The notes beneath the pieces were generated by a model. It did not search any database and was not told the DNA's origin. It saw only the letters and a program-made list of their open reading frames with translations. Shown piece after piece: positions 42,861-50,862 of a stretch of 64,000 nt of DNA. Source of the DNA: a virus; IMG/VR virus record IMGVR_UViG_3300049027_000072, positions 1 through 64,000 of that record; one strand, 5' to 3'. Numbering within the stretch: position 1 is the first letter of the stretch; each line of letters begins with the position of its first letter. The position numbers were made by a program, and so were the translations under genes.

Positions 42861-42915
42861 GTTTGCCGATATGGACAATCGGCAAACCGTTCTCTACACT
42901 ATCGGGGTGCCGATA
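42861..42915. promoter_or_regulatory. OR-like operator/promoter region between the cI-like and cro-like genes
   Basis: Perfect inverted repeat GTTTGCCGAT-N7-ATCGGCAAAC (42861-42887) and TATCGG-N4-CCGATA (42900-42915). Putative PR has -35 TGGACA (42872-77), a 17-bp spacer and -10 TACACT (42895-42900). Confidence 0.6.
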
Positions 42916-42932
42916 TGCCGGCGCACCCCCGA

Positions 42933-43235
42933 ATGAACTGGAAAAAACTGATTTCAGAGCTTGCATCGGCTGGCGTCACGCAGACACAGATCGCCGACGC
43001 GTGCGGCGTGAAGCAATCGTCCGTGAGCGACCTGCATCGTGGCGCGACGAAGTCGCCGAGCTTCGAGTTCGGCAACAAGTTGATTGCTCTCCACAAAGAG
43101 CGGGTGAAGCCTCCGTCTGGCCGGCCAGCCCGTGAGCGTGCGGCAGCGGCCGAGATTCGCAGAGAGGTCGACCGCATCTTTTTCGGCGCCTCCAAGCCGC
43201 CAGGCTCCAAGCCAAGCAACCGCCGGGAGCGTTGA
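42933..43235 (+). CDS. Cro-like HTH regulator
   Basis: MNWKKLISELASAGVTQTQIADACGVKQSSVSDLHRG; first gene rightward of the operators. The alternative start is 42915. Confidence 0.65.
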   Translation: MNWKKLISELASAGVTQTQIADACGVKQSSVSDLHRGATKSPSFEFGNKLIALHKERVKPPSGRPARERAAAAEIRREVDRIFFGASKPPGSKPSNRRER

Positions 43236-43249
43236 GATGCGCGCCTCAT

Positions 43250-43651
43250 TCAGTTCGCGAGAGAAGCTGCGAGCCCGGCGTAGAGCTGTCCGGCAGCTTC
43301 GCGAGTTAGCCGTACAGGAAGCGCGACGCCGGGTGCGATTTCCAGCCCAACCACGAGATCGGGTTGTGTGGGCGTTGTCGGTTGGAGGACGAACGCTGAT
43401 GAGCACGGAAGAACAACTGGCATATGAGAGCTGGTTGCGCTCGGAGCGTGCTCGCGCACGGCGGAGGCCGCTTGCGTCAGTAGCCCTGCAATCACCGCTG
43501 GGAACGAGGGAAGCATGAACGCGATGGTGTGGAACCCGTCCGCGTCGCGGAGCAACCCCCGGAAGCGCAGCACGACCGCTTGGTCGTCTGCTGTGCCGAA
43601 GTCTGTCGGTGTCACGACGACTGCGTCGTACATCGATTGGTCCTGGTTCAT
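43250..43651 (-). CDS. Hypothetical protein encoded antisense to the early-right operon
   Basis: ATG at 43651 is preceded by AAGGAGG. By hand count its third-position GC is higher (~72%) than that of the overlapping + ORF 43237-43518 (~60%, Arg-rich). Confidence 0.5.
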   Translation of the reverse strand: MNQDQSMYDAVVVTPTDFGTADDQAVVLRFRGLLRDADGFHTIAFMLPSFPAVIAGLLTQAASAVREHAPSATSSHMPVVLPCSSAFVLQPTTPTQPDLVVGLEIAPGVALPVRLTREAAGQLYAGLAASLAN

Positions 43652-43739
43652 GGGCGCCCTCCTTGGGCTGGTCGTTGTGGTGACCACCAGCGTACCCGAG
43701 GCAGGGTGCCCGCCCTTCGCTATGGGAGGGGCCTGACCC

Positions 43740-43943
43740 ATGTCCCGCCCGACCAAGCTCTGCACCGGTGTGCTCAGCACGCAGCCAGGTGCCGAACTGT
43801 GCAAGCGCTGCGAGCGCGCCCGGCCGCAGGCTGACCACGGCCCGTGGGTCGAGCCGATGGCCCGCATCTATGCAGGCAGGTTCATCTGCGAAAACTTTCG
43901 TCCCGCAGGCGTCGACATCGACGCAGTGCATCGGGGCAGGTAG
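43740..43943 (+). CDS. Small Cys-containing hypothetical protein
   Basis: 67 aa with GGGAGG 10 nt upstream and very high third-position GC. Confidence 0.4.
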   Translation: MSRPTKLCTGVLSTQPGAELCKRCERARPQADHGPWVEPMARIYAGRFICENFRPAGVDIDAVHRGR

Positions 43944-44234
43944 ATGGGCATCCATCACCGCCCCAACTCCAGTCGCATCACCCACTCCTTGTGGAGTGAG
44001 TCGATGGCGCGCCTGAACACATCACGCGCAAAAGAGGTGTACCCCGCTGCCGCGTTTTTTTCCCTCCCTCCCTCCGTGGCAGCGGTCTTCGCGTCCCCGG
44101 CCGGCCTCTTGGCTGGTCGGGGCGCCTTTTTCGGGAGGGGTGCAGGTTCGTTGCCGTCCGAGGGGGACGGTATCCCGCCCTGTACGGGCTCATAACCAAG
44201 AGAGGGGCGCGCAGAGCGCTTAGAGGGCTTTGAC

Positions 44235-44663
44235 ATGGACGAAATCGTCGGCGGTATCGACGGTAAACCGCTAACAACCATCCGAAAGGATTGGGGAATT
44301 CAGAGGGTGGGGTACCTCGCGGTGGTCAGGCCAGCGCATGAGGCCTGCGAGGACTTCGTATCGAGAGCGTCATGGGCGGGCGTGCTGCGCTACGCCGTTC
44401 AGCGCTCAGGAATGGATGACTACGAAGTGGCAGAAAAGATTCACGTGAGTCATGGCCTGATGTCCCGAATCCTCAAGGGGACGGCAGGCCTGTGGGGGGA
44501 GCGCATGGTCTTGTTCATGAAGACGACGGGCTCTATTGCGCCGTTGCAATGGATGGCGGACCAGATGGGGTTCGAGCTTCGGCTGAAGGAGATCAGCGAA
44601 GAGGACCAGCTACGTGCCCGACTGGAACAGATCGAGGCGCAGAAGAAGCAGAGGCCGAAGTGA
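44235..44663 (+). CDS. CII-like / phage regulatory HTH protein
   Basis: 142 aa. YEVAEKIHVSHGLMSRILKGTAGLWGERMVLFMKTTGSIAPLQWMA resembles the phage CII (CP76-type) family. Confidence 0.5.
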   Translation: MDEIVGGIDGKPLTTIRKDWGIQRVGYLAVVRPAHEACEDFVSRASWAGVLRYAVQRSGMDDYEVAEKIHVSHGLMSRILKGTAGLWGERMVLFMKTTGSIAPLQWMADQMGFELRLKEISEEDQLRARLEQIEAQKKQRPK

Positions 44664-44664
44664 T

Positions 44665-44754
44665 ATGGCACTCCCACTGCTGATGTTCATGGTCGTGTCG
44701 CTGGTGCTGATGTTCTTCGGCGGGCGTGAGGTTGCGAGGGCCCGTCATGGCTGA
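44665..44754 (+). CDS. 29-aa hydrophobic micro-ORF (MALPLLMFMVVSLVLMFFGGREVARARHG)
   Basis: It starts 2 nt after the previous stop and its stop overlaps the next ATG region; not in the track; speculative. Confidence 0.25.
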   Translation: MALPLLMFMVVSLVLMFFGGREVARARHG

Positions 44755-45280
44755 GCACCACGGGTTCCGAGTGATCGTCCAGGATGGCGCCCACACCACG
44801 ACCGACACCTTCGATGTGATGGATGCGGCCCGCGAGTGCGCGCGCATGCTGGCTGGGCGCGGGCAGAAGGTGCGCTGCTGCGAAGTGATCCGCAAACCTG
44901 CTCCCGTATGGCACGTAACGCCATTCGAGGAAGAGCTACGCGACATCGAGTGGCGAGAACGTTGGTACATCGCGGGACCGATGTCAGGCCTGCCGGCCCT
45001 TAATTTCCCGGCCTTTCACGCCGAGGCCGCTCGCCTTCGCAAGCTGGGCTTCGATGTGGTGAACCCGGCAGAGATCAACGCGGACCCGAAGGCAGGCTGG
45101 GAGACGTGCATGCGCGCCGACATCGCGCAACTCGTGACGTGCGTCGGCTTGGCCTTGCTCCCCGGATGGGAGGGTTCTCGCGGCGCCAAGCTCGAACACC
45201 ACATCGCCACGGCACTCGGCATGCGCATTCGCATGGCGAGCCAGATCACTGGGTGTGCTGTCGTTCTGGAGGGTTCATGA
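44747..45280 (+). CDS. DUF4406 / nucleoside 2-deoxyribosyltransferase-like protein
   Basis: WYIAGPMSGLPALNFPAFHAEAARLRKLGFDVVNPAE...LLPGWEGSRGAKLEHHIATALGMRI matches the DUF4406 signature. ATG at 44747 after GAGGG. Confidence 0.7.
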   Translation: MAEHHGFRVIVQDGAHTTTDTFDVMDAARECARMLAGRGQKVRCCEVIRKPAPVWHVTPFEEELRDIEWRERWYIAGPMSGLPALNFPAFHAEAARLRKLGFDVVNPAEINADPKAGWETCMRADIAQLVTCVGLALLPGWEGSRGAKLEHHIATALGMRIRMASQITGCAVVLEGS

Positions 45281-47781
45281 GCGACTACCGCTCCTTCTTG
45301 GAAAGCAAATTCAAGTTCAGCCAGTTCCACGGATTCGACGTGGCGGAGGACGAGGTGAACCCGGCGCTCAAGCCGTTCACCCGCGACGTGGTCCGGTGGG
45401 CGTGCAAGGGTGGACGGCGTGCGCTGTTCATGTCGTTCGGCCTGCATAAGACCGTCACGCAGTTGGAGATCATGCGCCTCGTCGGTGTGCACGACGAAGG
45501 CCTTCGCCTCATCGTCATTCCGCTCGGCGTGCGCCAGGAGTTCAAGCGCGACGCGGAGACCTTCTTCGCCGGATTGAAGCTGAAGTTCATCCGGCGCGCG
45601 GACGAGATCGAAGGCACGGACACCATCTACCTCACCAACTACGAGTCGGTGCGCGATGGGAAGCTCGACGTGAGCTTGTTCACCGCGGTATCACTCGACG
45701 AGGCCGCTGTGCTGCGCAGCTTCGGCAGCAAGACGTACCAGGAGTTCTTGACTCTGTTCGATGGCGTGAAGTACCGCTTCGTCGCCACCGCCACGCCCAG
45801 CCCGAACCGCTACAAGGAACTGATCCACTACGCCGGGTTCCTGGGCGTGATGGACACCGGCCAGGCGCTGACGCGGTTCTTCCAGCGCGACAGCACGCAG
45901 GCGAACAACCTGACGCTGTACCCGCACAAAGAGCGCGAGTTCTTCCTGTGGCTGCACTCGTGGGCACTGTTCGTCCAGAAGCCGAGCGACCTGGGCTACG
46001 GCGACGATGGATATGCACTGCCGGAACTGCGCGTGCACTATCACGAGCTGCCGGCGCCTGAGGTCGACGCGAAAGCCGATCGCGACGGGCAGTTGTCGAT
46101 GGTGCGCGATGCAGCTCTTGGTCTGGCGGACGCGGCAACCGAGAAGCGCGAGAGCATTTCCGCCCGCGTGGCGAAGCTGCAGGAGATCCTGCGCGCCGAG
46201 CCTGACCGGCACGCCATCCTGTGGCACGACCTGGAAGCCGAGCGCGAGGCCATCAAGCGTGCGGTCCCGAACGCGGTAGAGGTGTATGGCTCGCTCGACC
46301 TGGACGAGCGCGAAGAGCGGATCGTCACGTTCAGCGATGGCGGGAGCCAGTACCTCGCGACGAAGCCGAGCATCAGCGGGGCCGGGTGCAACTTCCAGCG
46401 GCATTGCTCGATGGCGGTGTTCACGGGCATCGGCTACGAGTTCCACGACTTCATCCAGTCGATCCACCGCATCCAGCGCTTCGGGCAGCGCCAGGTCTGC
46501 GATGTGCACATCATCTATACCGAGACCGAGCGGGAAGTTCTGAAGGTCCTGCAGCGCAAGTGGGCCGAGCATGACCAGCTCAGTGTGCGCATGAGCGAAG
46601 TCATCCGGCAGTTCGGGCTGTCAACAACCGGCTTCGAGCAACAGCTGGCCAGGACCATCGGCCTCAAGCGTTGCGAAGAAAGCGGTACCGGCTGGGTGGT
46701 GGCGAACAACGACTGCGTGGACGAGTGCGACCTGATCGGTAGCAACTCGGTCGACCTGATCCACACCAGCATCCCGTTCGGCAACCACTACGAGTACAGC
46801 GCGAGCTACAACGACTTCGGCCACAACGAGGACAACCCGCGGTTCTTCGAGCAGATGGATTTCCTGACGCCGAAACTGCTGCGCATCCTCAAGCCGGGCC
46901 GCGTGGCTGCGATCCACGTCAAGGACCGCATCCGCTTCGGGAACGTCACCGGATACGGCATGCCCTCTGTGGATCCGTTCCACAGCGACTGCATCGCGCA
47001 CTACCGAAAGCACGGCTTCGTGTACTTCGGAATGATCACCGTGGTCACCGACGTCGTGCGCGAGAACAACCAGACGTACCGGCTGGGCTGGAGCGAGCAG
47101 TGCAAGGACGGCACGAAGATGGGCGTCGGATCGCCTGAGTACGTGCTCTTGTTCCGCAAGCTGCCGACCGACACGAGCAAGGGCTACGCCGACGAGCGCG
47201 TCTCGAAGACCAAGGAGGAATACACCCGGGGCCGCTGGCAGATCGATGCCAGCGCATTCTGGAGATCGAGCGGGAACCGGCAGCTGTCGGCCGCAGAGAT
47301 GGCGAGCTATGGGCCCGACAAGCTGGGCAAGGTATTCGCCGACACCAGCTTGCGCACGATCTACGACTACGACGAGCACGTAAAGCTCGCGGAAGCGCTA
47401 GACGAGCGCGGGGCGCTGCCAAGCACGTTCGCATGCATGACGCCGGGTAGTCACCACCCGGAGGTGTGGCACGACGTGAACCGCATGCTGACCCTCAACG
47501 GTGAGCAGTCGCGCCGGGGCCTTGAGCAGCACATATGCCCGCTCCAGTTCGACATCGTGGACCGGGTCATCAACAGGTTCACCAACAAAGGTGAGCTGGT
47601 GTTCGACCCGTTCGGGGGTCTATTCACCGTCCCGCTGCGGGCCGTGAAGCTTGGACGTAGAGGCCGGGCAACCGAGCTGAACCCTAGCTACTTCCGGGAC
47701 GGCGTGCGCCACCTGCGCGCACAAGACATGGAGTTGAGCGCGCCGACGCTGTTCGACTTCGAGGACCTGGAGGCAGCTTGA
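45277..47781 (+). CDS. SNF2/DEAD-like helicase domain fused to a beta-class N6A/N4C DNA methyltransferase
   Basis: ATG at 45277 (ATGA overlap); 834 aa. Helicase-like motifs are FGLHKT (degenerate motif I), SLDEAA (II) and QSIHRIQRFGQ (VI). The MTase motif IV-like HTSIPFGN precedes motif I VFDPFGGLFT. Confidence 0.75.
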   Translation: MSDYRSFLESKFKFSQFHGFDVAEDEVNPALKPFTRDVVRWACKGGRRALFMSFGLHKTVTQLEIMRLVGVHDEGLRLIVIPLGVRQEFKRDAETFFAGLKLKFIRRADEIEGTDTIYLTNYESVRDGKLDVSLFTAVSLDEAAVLRSFGSKTYQEFLTLFDGVKYRFVATATPSPNRYKELIHYAGFLGVMDTGQALTRFFQRDSTQANNLTLYPHKEREFFLWLHSWALFVQKPSDLGYGDDGYALPELRVHYHELPAPEVDAKADRDGQLSMVRDAALGLADAATEKRESISARVAKLQEILRAEPDRHAILWHDLEAEREAIKRAVPNAVEVYGSLDLDEREERIVTFSDGGSQYLATKPSISGAGCNFQRHCSMAVFTGIGYEFHDFIQSIHRIQRFGQRQVCDVHIIYTETEREVLKVLQRKWAEHDQLSVRMSEVIRQFGLSTTGFEQQLARTIGLKRCEESGTGWVVANNDCVDECDLIGSNSVDLIHTSIPFGNHYEYSASYNDFGHNEDNPRFFEQMDFLTPKLLRILKPGRVAAIHVKDRIRFGNVTGYGMPSVDPFHSDCIAHYRKHGFVYFGMITVVTDVVRENNQTYRLGWSEQCKDGTKMGVGSPEYVLLFRKLPTDTSKGYADERVSKTKEEYTRGRWQIDASAFWRSSGNRQLSAAEMASYGPDKLGKVFADTSLRTIYDYDEHVKLAEALDERGALPSTFACMTPGSHHPEVWHDVNRMLTLNGEQSRRGLEQHICPLQFDIVDRVINRFTNKGELVFDPFGGLFTVPLRAVKLGRRGRATELNPSYFRDGVRHLRAQDMELSAPTLFDFEDLEAA

Positions 47782-48794
47782 CCGACAGCACCGCACTCCC
47801 TGAACCGCTCGTACCGGCCGAGGTGGACCTGCGGGACTTCTCCTGGATGCCCGTGGAGATCCACCGCCTGCGCCGGTCCAAGGCGTGGCTGCTGTGCAAG
47901 CGCAAGCCTGAGCTCGCCTTCTACATGCTCAACCTCTGGACCGCATCTTGGCACGACACGCCGGCGGCCTCGCTGGAGGATGACGACGACGTGCTTGCCG
48001 ACCTGGCGATGTGTGACCCGGCCAAGTGGGCGAAGGTCCGCGAACAGGTGCTGCGTGGGTGGGTGAAGTGCGCTGACGGTCGCCTCTATCACCAAGTCGT
48101 TGCAGACAAAGCGAAGGAGGCGTGGACGCAGAAACAGGCGCAGCGACAGCGTACTGAAGCGGCCAGGATGGCGCGAGAACAGAAGCGGCGACAGACACAG
48201 CAACTAGCGCAGTCAGATGCGCCGACAGACTCTGTCGCAACCTCTGTCACAGACATTGCCACTGAATCCAACAGAACAGAACAGACCGGACAGGGAACGG
48301 AGAGGGAACGGAACGGAGAGGGAACGGAGACTCTACCTGTGGTGGGCGCCGGGCCGCCTGCCGCCCCTTCCGCCGCTGACGCGGCGGCCACCACAGGGCA
48401 GGACCGCGGGGCGCGTCTGCCGAAGGACTGGGCGCTGCCGAAGGCTTGGGGGGACTGGGCGATCGCCGAGTACCCGCTGTGGACGGCCGAGAAGGTGCGC
48501 AAGGAGGCCGCCGCATTCCGCGACCACTGGACCGCGAAGACCGGCAAGGACGCGACGAAGCTCGACTGGAACGCGACATGGCGCAACTGGTGCCGCAGCG
48601 ACATCGCCCACCGCGACGACCCGAAGCCGGGGCGTGCTGGGCCGATGTCCGATGCCGAGCGGGAGGCGGCAAACGCCGCAGCCACAGCAGAGGCCAGGCG
48701 CCTCTACCTCGCCAAGCGCGCCGGCGGGGATGTGATCGACGCCGTGACAACCGTGATCGAGGACGCGCACCCAACCATGGAGCAGCTCACGTGA
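47778..48794 (+). CDS. Replication protein with an N-terminal DUF1376 domain
   Basis: FSWMPVEIHRLRRSKAWLLCKRKPELAFYMLNLWTASWHD...DDDVLADLA...WAKVREQVLRGW is typical of DUF1376 replication/primosome proteins. Confidence 0.7.
   Translation: MTDSTALPEPLVPAEVDLRDFSWMPVEIHRLRRSKAWLLCKRKPELAFYMLNLWTASWHDTPAASLEDDDDVLADLAMCDPAKWAKVREQVLRGWVKCADGRLYHQVVADKAKEAWTQKQAQRQRTEAARMAREQKRRQTQQLAQSDAPTDSVATSVTDIATESNRTEQTGQGTERERNGEGTETLPVVGAGPPAAPSAADAAATTGQDRGARLPKDWALPKAWGDWAIAEYPLWTAEKVRKEAAAFRDHWTAKTGKDATKLDWNATWRNWCRSDIAHRDDPKPGRAGPMSDAEREAANAAATAEARRLYLAKRAGGDVIDAVTTVIEDAHPTMEQLT
48268..48330 (+). repeat. Purine-rich tandem repeats (ACAGA x3; GGGAACGGAGA x3) inside the replication gene; ori/iteron candidate
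   Basis: caACAGAACAGAACAGAccggaca GGGAACGGAGA GGGAACGGAacgGAGA GGGAACGGAGA, preceded by small palindromes CGACAGactCTGTCG and TCTGTcACAGA (48224-48255). Confidence 0.6.
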
Positions 48795-49579
48795 ACTTCG
48801 ACGCCGACTTCGACGCTTTCTGCGAAGCCCTGGACGACCTGTGGTCGATCAAGGGCCAAGCCCTGACCGCGGGCGCCAAAGGTGCCTTCTTTCGGGCGCT
48901 GGAGGACCAGCCGCTGCAGGTTGTGCAGGCGGCCCTGATCGCGCATTCCCGCGACCCGGAGCGGGGTCGGTTCCTGCCTATGCCGGCCGACGTCATGGCC
49001 CAGATTCGGCAGCTGGATCGCGACGACGGGCGGCCGGGCGCTGAGGAAGCGTGGGCGATGTCGCTGCGCTCGGCCGACGAGGCCGAAACCGTGGTCTGGA
49101 CGGGCGAGATGGCTGAGGCATGGACGATCGCGAAGCCTGTGCTGCAAGCGGGCGACGAGGTGGGGGCACGCATGGCGTTCCGGGAGGCATACGCCCGGCT
49201 GGTGGAAGCGGCGCGCCAGCAGCGCACGCCGGTGACATGGTCGGCGTCGCTCGGGTTCGACCCACAGCGGCGGGAGCTGGCCATCAGCGCAGCCGTCACG
49301 GCCGGGCGCCTGCCGGCGAGCGAGCTGCAGGCCCTGCCGGCGCCAGAGGTTGACGTGCTGCGGCTGGCCTACGAGCAGCCCGCTCAGGGCGCATCGCTCA
49401 CCGAGCTGCAGGCGCGCGAAAGGCTGCGCCAGCTGAGCGAGCGGCTCAAGGCCCGAAAGGATGAGCCGAGCGAGGACGCCTTGGCACGGGCCTTCACCGA
49501 GGAGCGCAAAGCCGAGACGGCCGAGCTGGTGAGCCAGTACGTCGAGAGCCGGCAGCCCGAGCGCGAGGTGCATGCATGA
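48791..49579 (+). CDS. Replication-module protein, unknown function
   Basis: GTG at 48791 overlaps the stop (GTGA); 262 aa. Confidence 0.55.
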   Translation: MNFDADFDAFCEALDDLWSIKGQALTAGAKGAFFRALEDQPLQVVQAALIAHSRDPERGRFLPMPADVMAQIRQLDRDDGRPGAEEAWAMSLRSADEAETVVWTGEMAEAWTIAKPVLQAGDEVGARMAFREAYARLVEAARQQRTPVTWSASLGFDPQRRELAISAAVTAGRLPASELQALPAPEVDVLRLAYEQPAQGASLTELQARERLRQLSERLKARKDEPSEDALARAFTEERKAETAELVSQYVESRQPEREVHA

Positions 49580-49851
49580 GGTCAGCCCTGCCCGTGTGGA
49601 TGGCCCGCTGCGAGCCGTCGCGTCCGTGCCAGCAAGCCGCGCACTGCGCGCGCCACGTGGCCGACGGCTTCCACGAAGAGGTGGACGCCAGCAGCTGCAT
49701 TGGGCCGGAAGGCTGCGGGATGTTCCTGGACCAGCGCGGGCTGGCGCTGCTGTCTGGCGAGCCCAGGCAGGTGGAGCACCGCACCGAGGTCCGAAATGGC
49801 CGGGCGGTCCCGGCTCAGTGGTTCAGTCCGATCTCGCGTGAGGCCGCATGA
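49576..49851 (+). CDS. Cys-rich hypothetical protein
   Basis: ATGA overlap; 91 aa. Confidence 0.4.
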   Translation: MRSALPVWMARCEPSRPCQQAAHCARHVADGFHEEVDASSCIGPEGCGMFLDQRGLALLSGEPRQVEHRTEVRNGRAVPAQWFSPISREAA

Positions 49852-50042
49852 GCAGCAGCGACGACATCAAGCCTCGCCCCGAAGGTGGTTTCCGGTACGC
49901 CGGCCCCGGCCTGTCCTACACGTTCAGGTGCGCCAAGTGCGGGCAGCCGATCCGCAACTACGGCCGGCGCAAGCAGCGAGTGCAGGGGGTCATGCAGTGG
50001 GTGGGCCAGTGCTGTGCCATCAAGAAGGGTGCGGCCGAATGA
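49848..50042 (+). CDS. Small zinc-binding-like protein
   Basis: ATGA overlap; CAKCGQ...QCCAIK; 64 aa. Confidence 0.45.
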   Translation: MSSSDDIKPRPEGGFRYAGPGLSYTFRCAKCGQPIRNYGRRKQRVQGVMQWVGQCCAIKKGAAE

Positions 50043-50260
50043 GCGACTACAAACACATCAAGCCAGGGACGCCTCTCTCGAAGCGCGAGCAAGACGTGTT
50101 GATCTTCGTGGGCAAGGGCTGCACGAATGCAGAAATCGCGCGGCTTCTGAACATCGCGGAAACCACGGTTGGTGACCACCTCAAACGCATCTTCCGTCGG
50201 CTGGACACCAACACGCGCGTCGAGGCTGCTGTGTGGGCCGCGAAGCAGGGATGGTTGTAA
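50039..50260 (+). CDS. LuxR/GerE-type HTH regulator
   Basis: LSKREQDVLIFVGKGCTNAEIARLLNIAETTVGDHLKRIFRRLDTNTRVEA; 73 aa. Confidence 0.75.
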   Translation: MSDYKHIKPGTPLSKREQDVLIFVGKGCTNAEIARLLNIAETTVGDHLKRIFRRLDTNTRVEAAVWAAKQGWL

Positions 50261-50862
50261 TGGCTGCCGACCGCATGCTCATCCCCGTGCACGACAGCGA
50301 TCTTGTCCTCTACACGGTGGCGACGCCGGCGGCGATGCGCGAGGCGATGGTGAGGGCGTTCGAGTTCGCCAAGACCCGCTGCCACGCCCCCGACGACATC
50401 GAGTGGATCGACAACGAGACGGGCGAGGTGCACACGCGCCAGCTCCGCATCGTGATCGGCCCTGACCTGGACCCGATGACGGTCAAGCAGCGCCGGTTCT
50501 ACCACGGGGTAGTGCTCAAGCAGATCCACGAGCAGATGCGCGACCCGGACACCGGCCGGCCGTTCCTGTACGTCGCGATCAAGGAGCACTACCGGAAGAC
50601 GTTCCTCGGCACGAACGGCATTCGGTGGGAGCACTACAAGGCCCCCGGCGAGAAGCGGGCGCGGCCACACGCCGTGCGCATAAGCACGGAGGACTTGAGC
50701 GTCAAGCAGTACAGCGAGCTCATCGACAAGGTGATCGCCGACGCCATCGACGCCGGGGTCGTCTTTGAGTTCGACCAGCAGGAGCGCGAGGCGGTGCGGT
50801 GGAAGCGCAAGGCGCGCAAAGCCGCCGCGCCGGCGCTCGAGCGGGAGGCGGTACCGGCATGA
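50260..50862 (+). CDS. NinB/Orf-like recombination mediator (putative)
   Basis: KQRRFYHGVVLKQI...STEDLSVKQYSELIDKVIADAIDAGVVFEF parallels lambda NinB features; lies directly upstream of ninG. Confidence 0.4.
   Translation: MAADRMLIPVHDSDLVLYTVATPAAMREAMVRAFEFAKTRCHAPDDIEWIDNETGEVHTRQLRIVIGPDLDPMTVKQRRFYHGVVLKQIHEQMRDPDTGRPFLYVAIKEHYRKTFLGTNGIRWEHYKAPGEKRARPHAVRISTEDLSVKQYSELIDKVIADAIDAGVVFEFDQQEREAVRWKRKARKAAAPALEREAVPA

Noticed and set aside
43132-43518. A + strand ORF (128 aa; internal ATG 43237) following cro.
   Set aside because: It is Arg-rich and its hand-counted third-position GC is lower than that of the overlapping minus-strand ORF, which has a strong SD. The call remains uncertain.
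43955-44281. A minus-strand ORF (93-108 aa, Pro/Lys/Ala-rich) whose ATG overlaps the ATG of the CII-like gene in a CATG palindrome.
   Set aside because: It is low in complexity and would leave no room for the promoter of the + operon. It is kept only as a possibility. The region also contains hairpins suggestive of regulatory DNA.
48268-48330. Short tandem repeats considered as a CRISPR array or minisatellite.
   Set aside because: The units are only 5-11 nt with no spacers, and they lie inside a coding linker. They are interpreted as iteron-like or low-complexity sequence.
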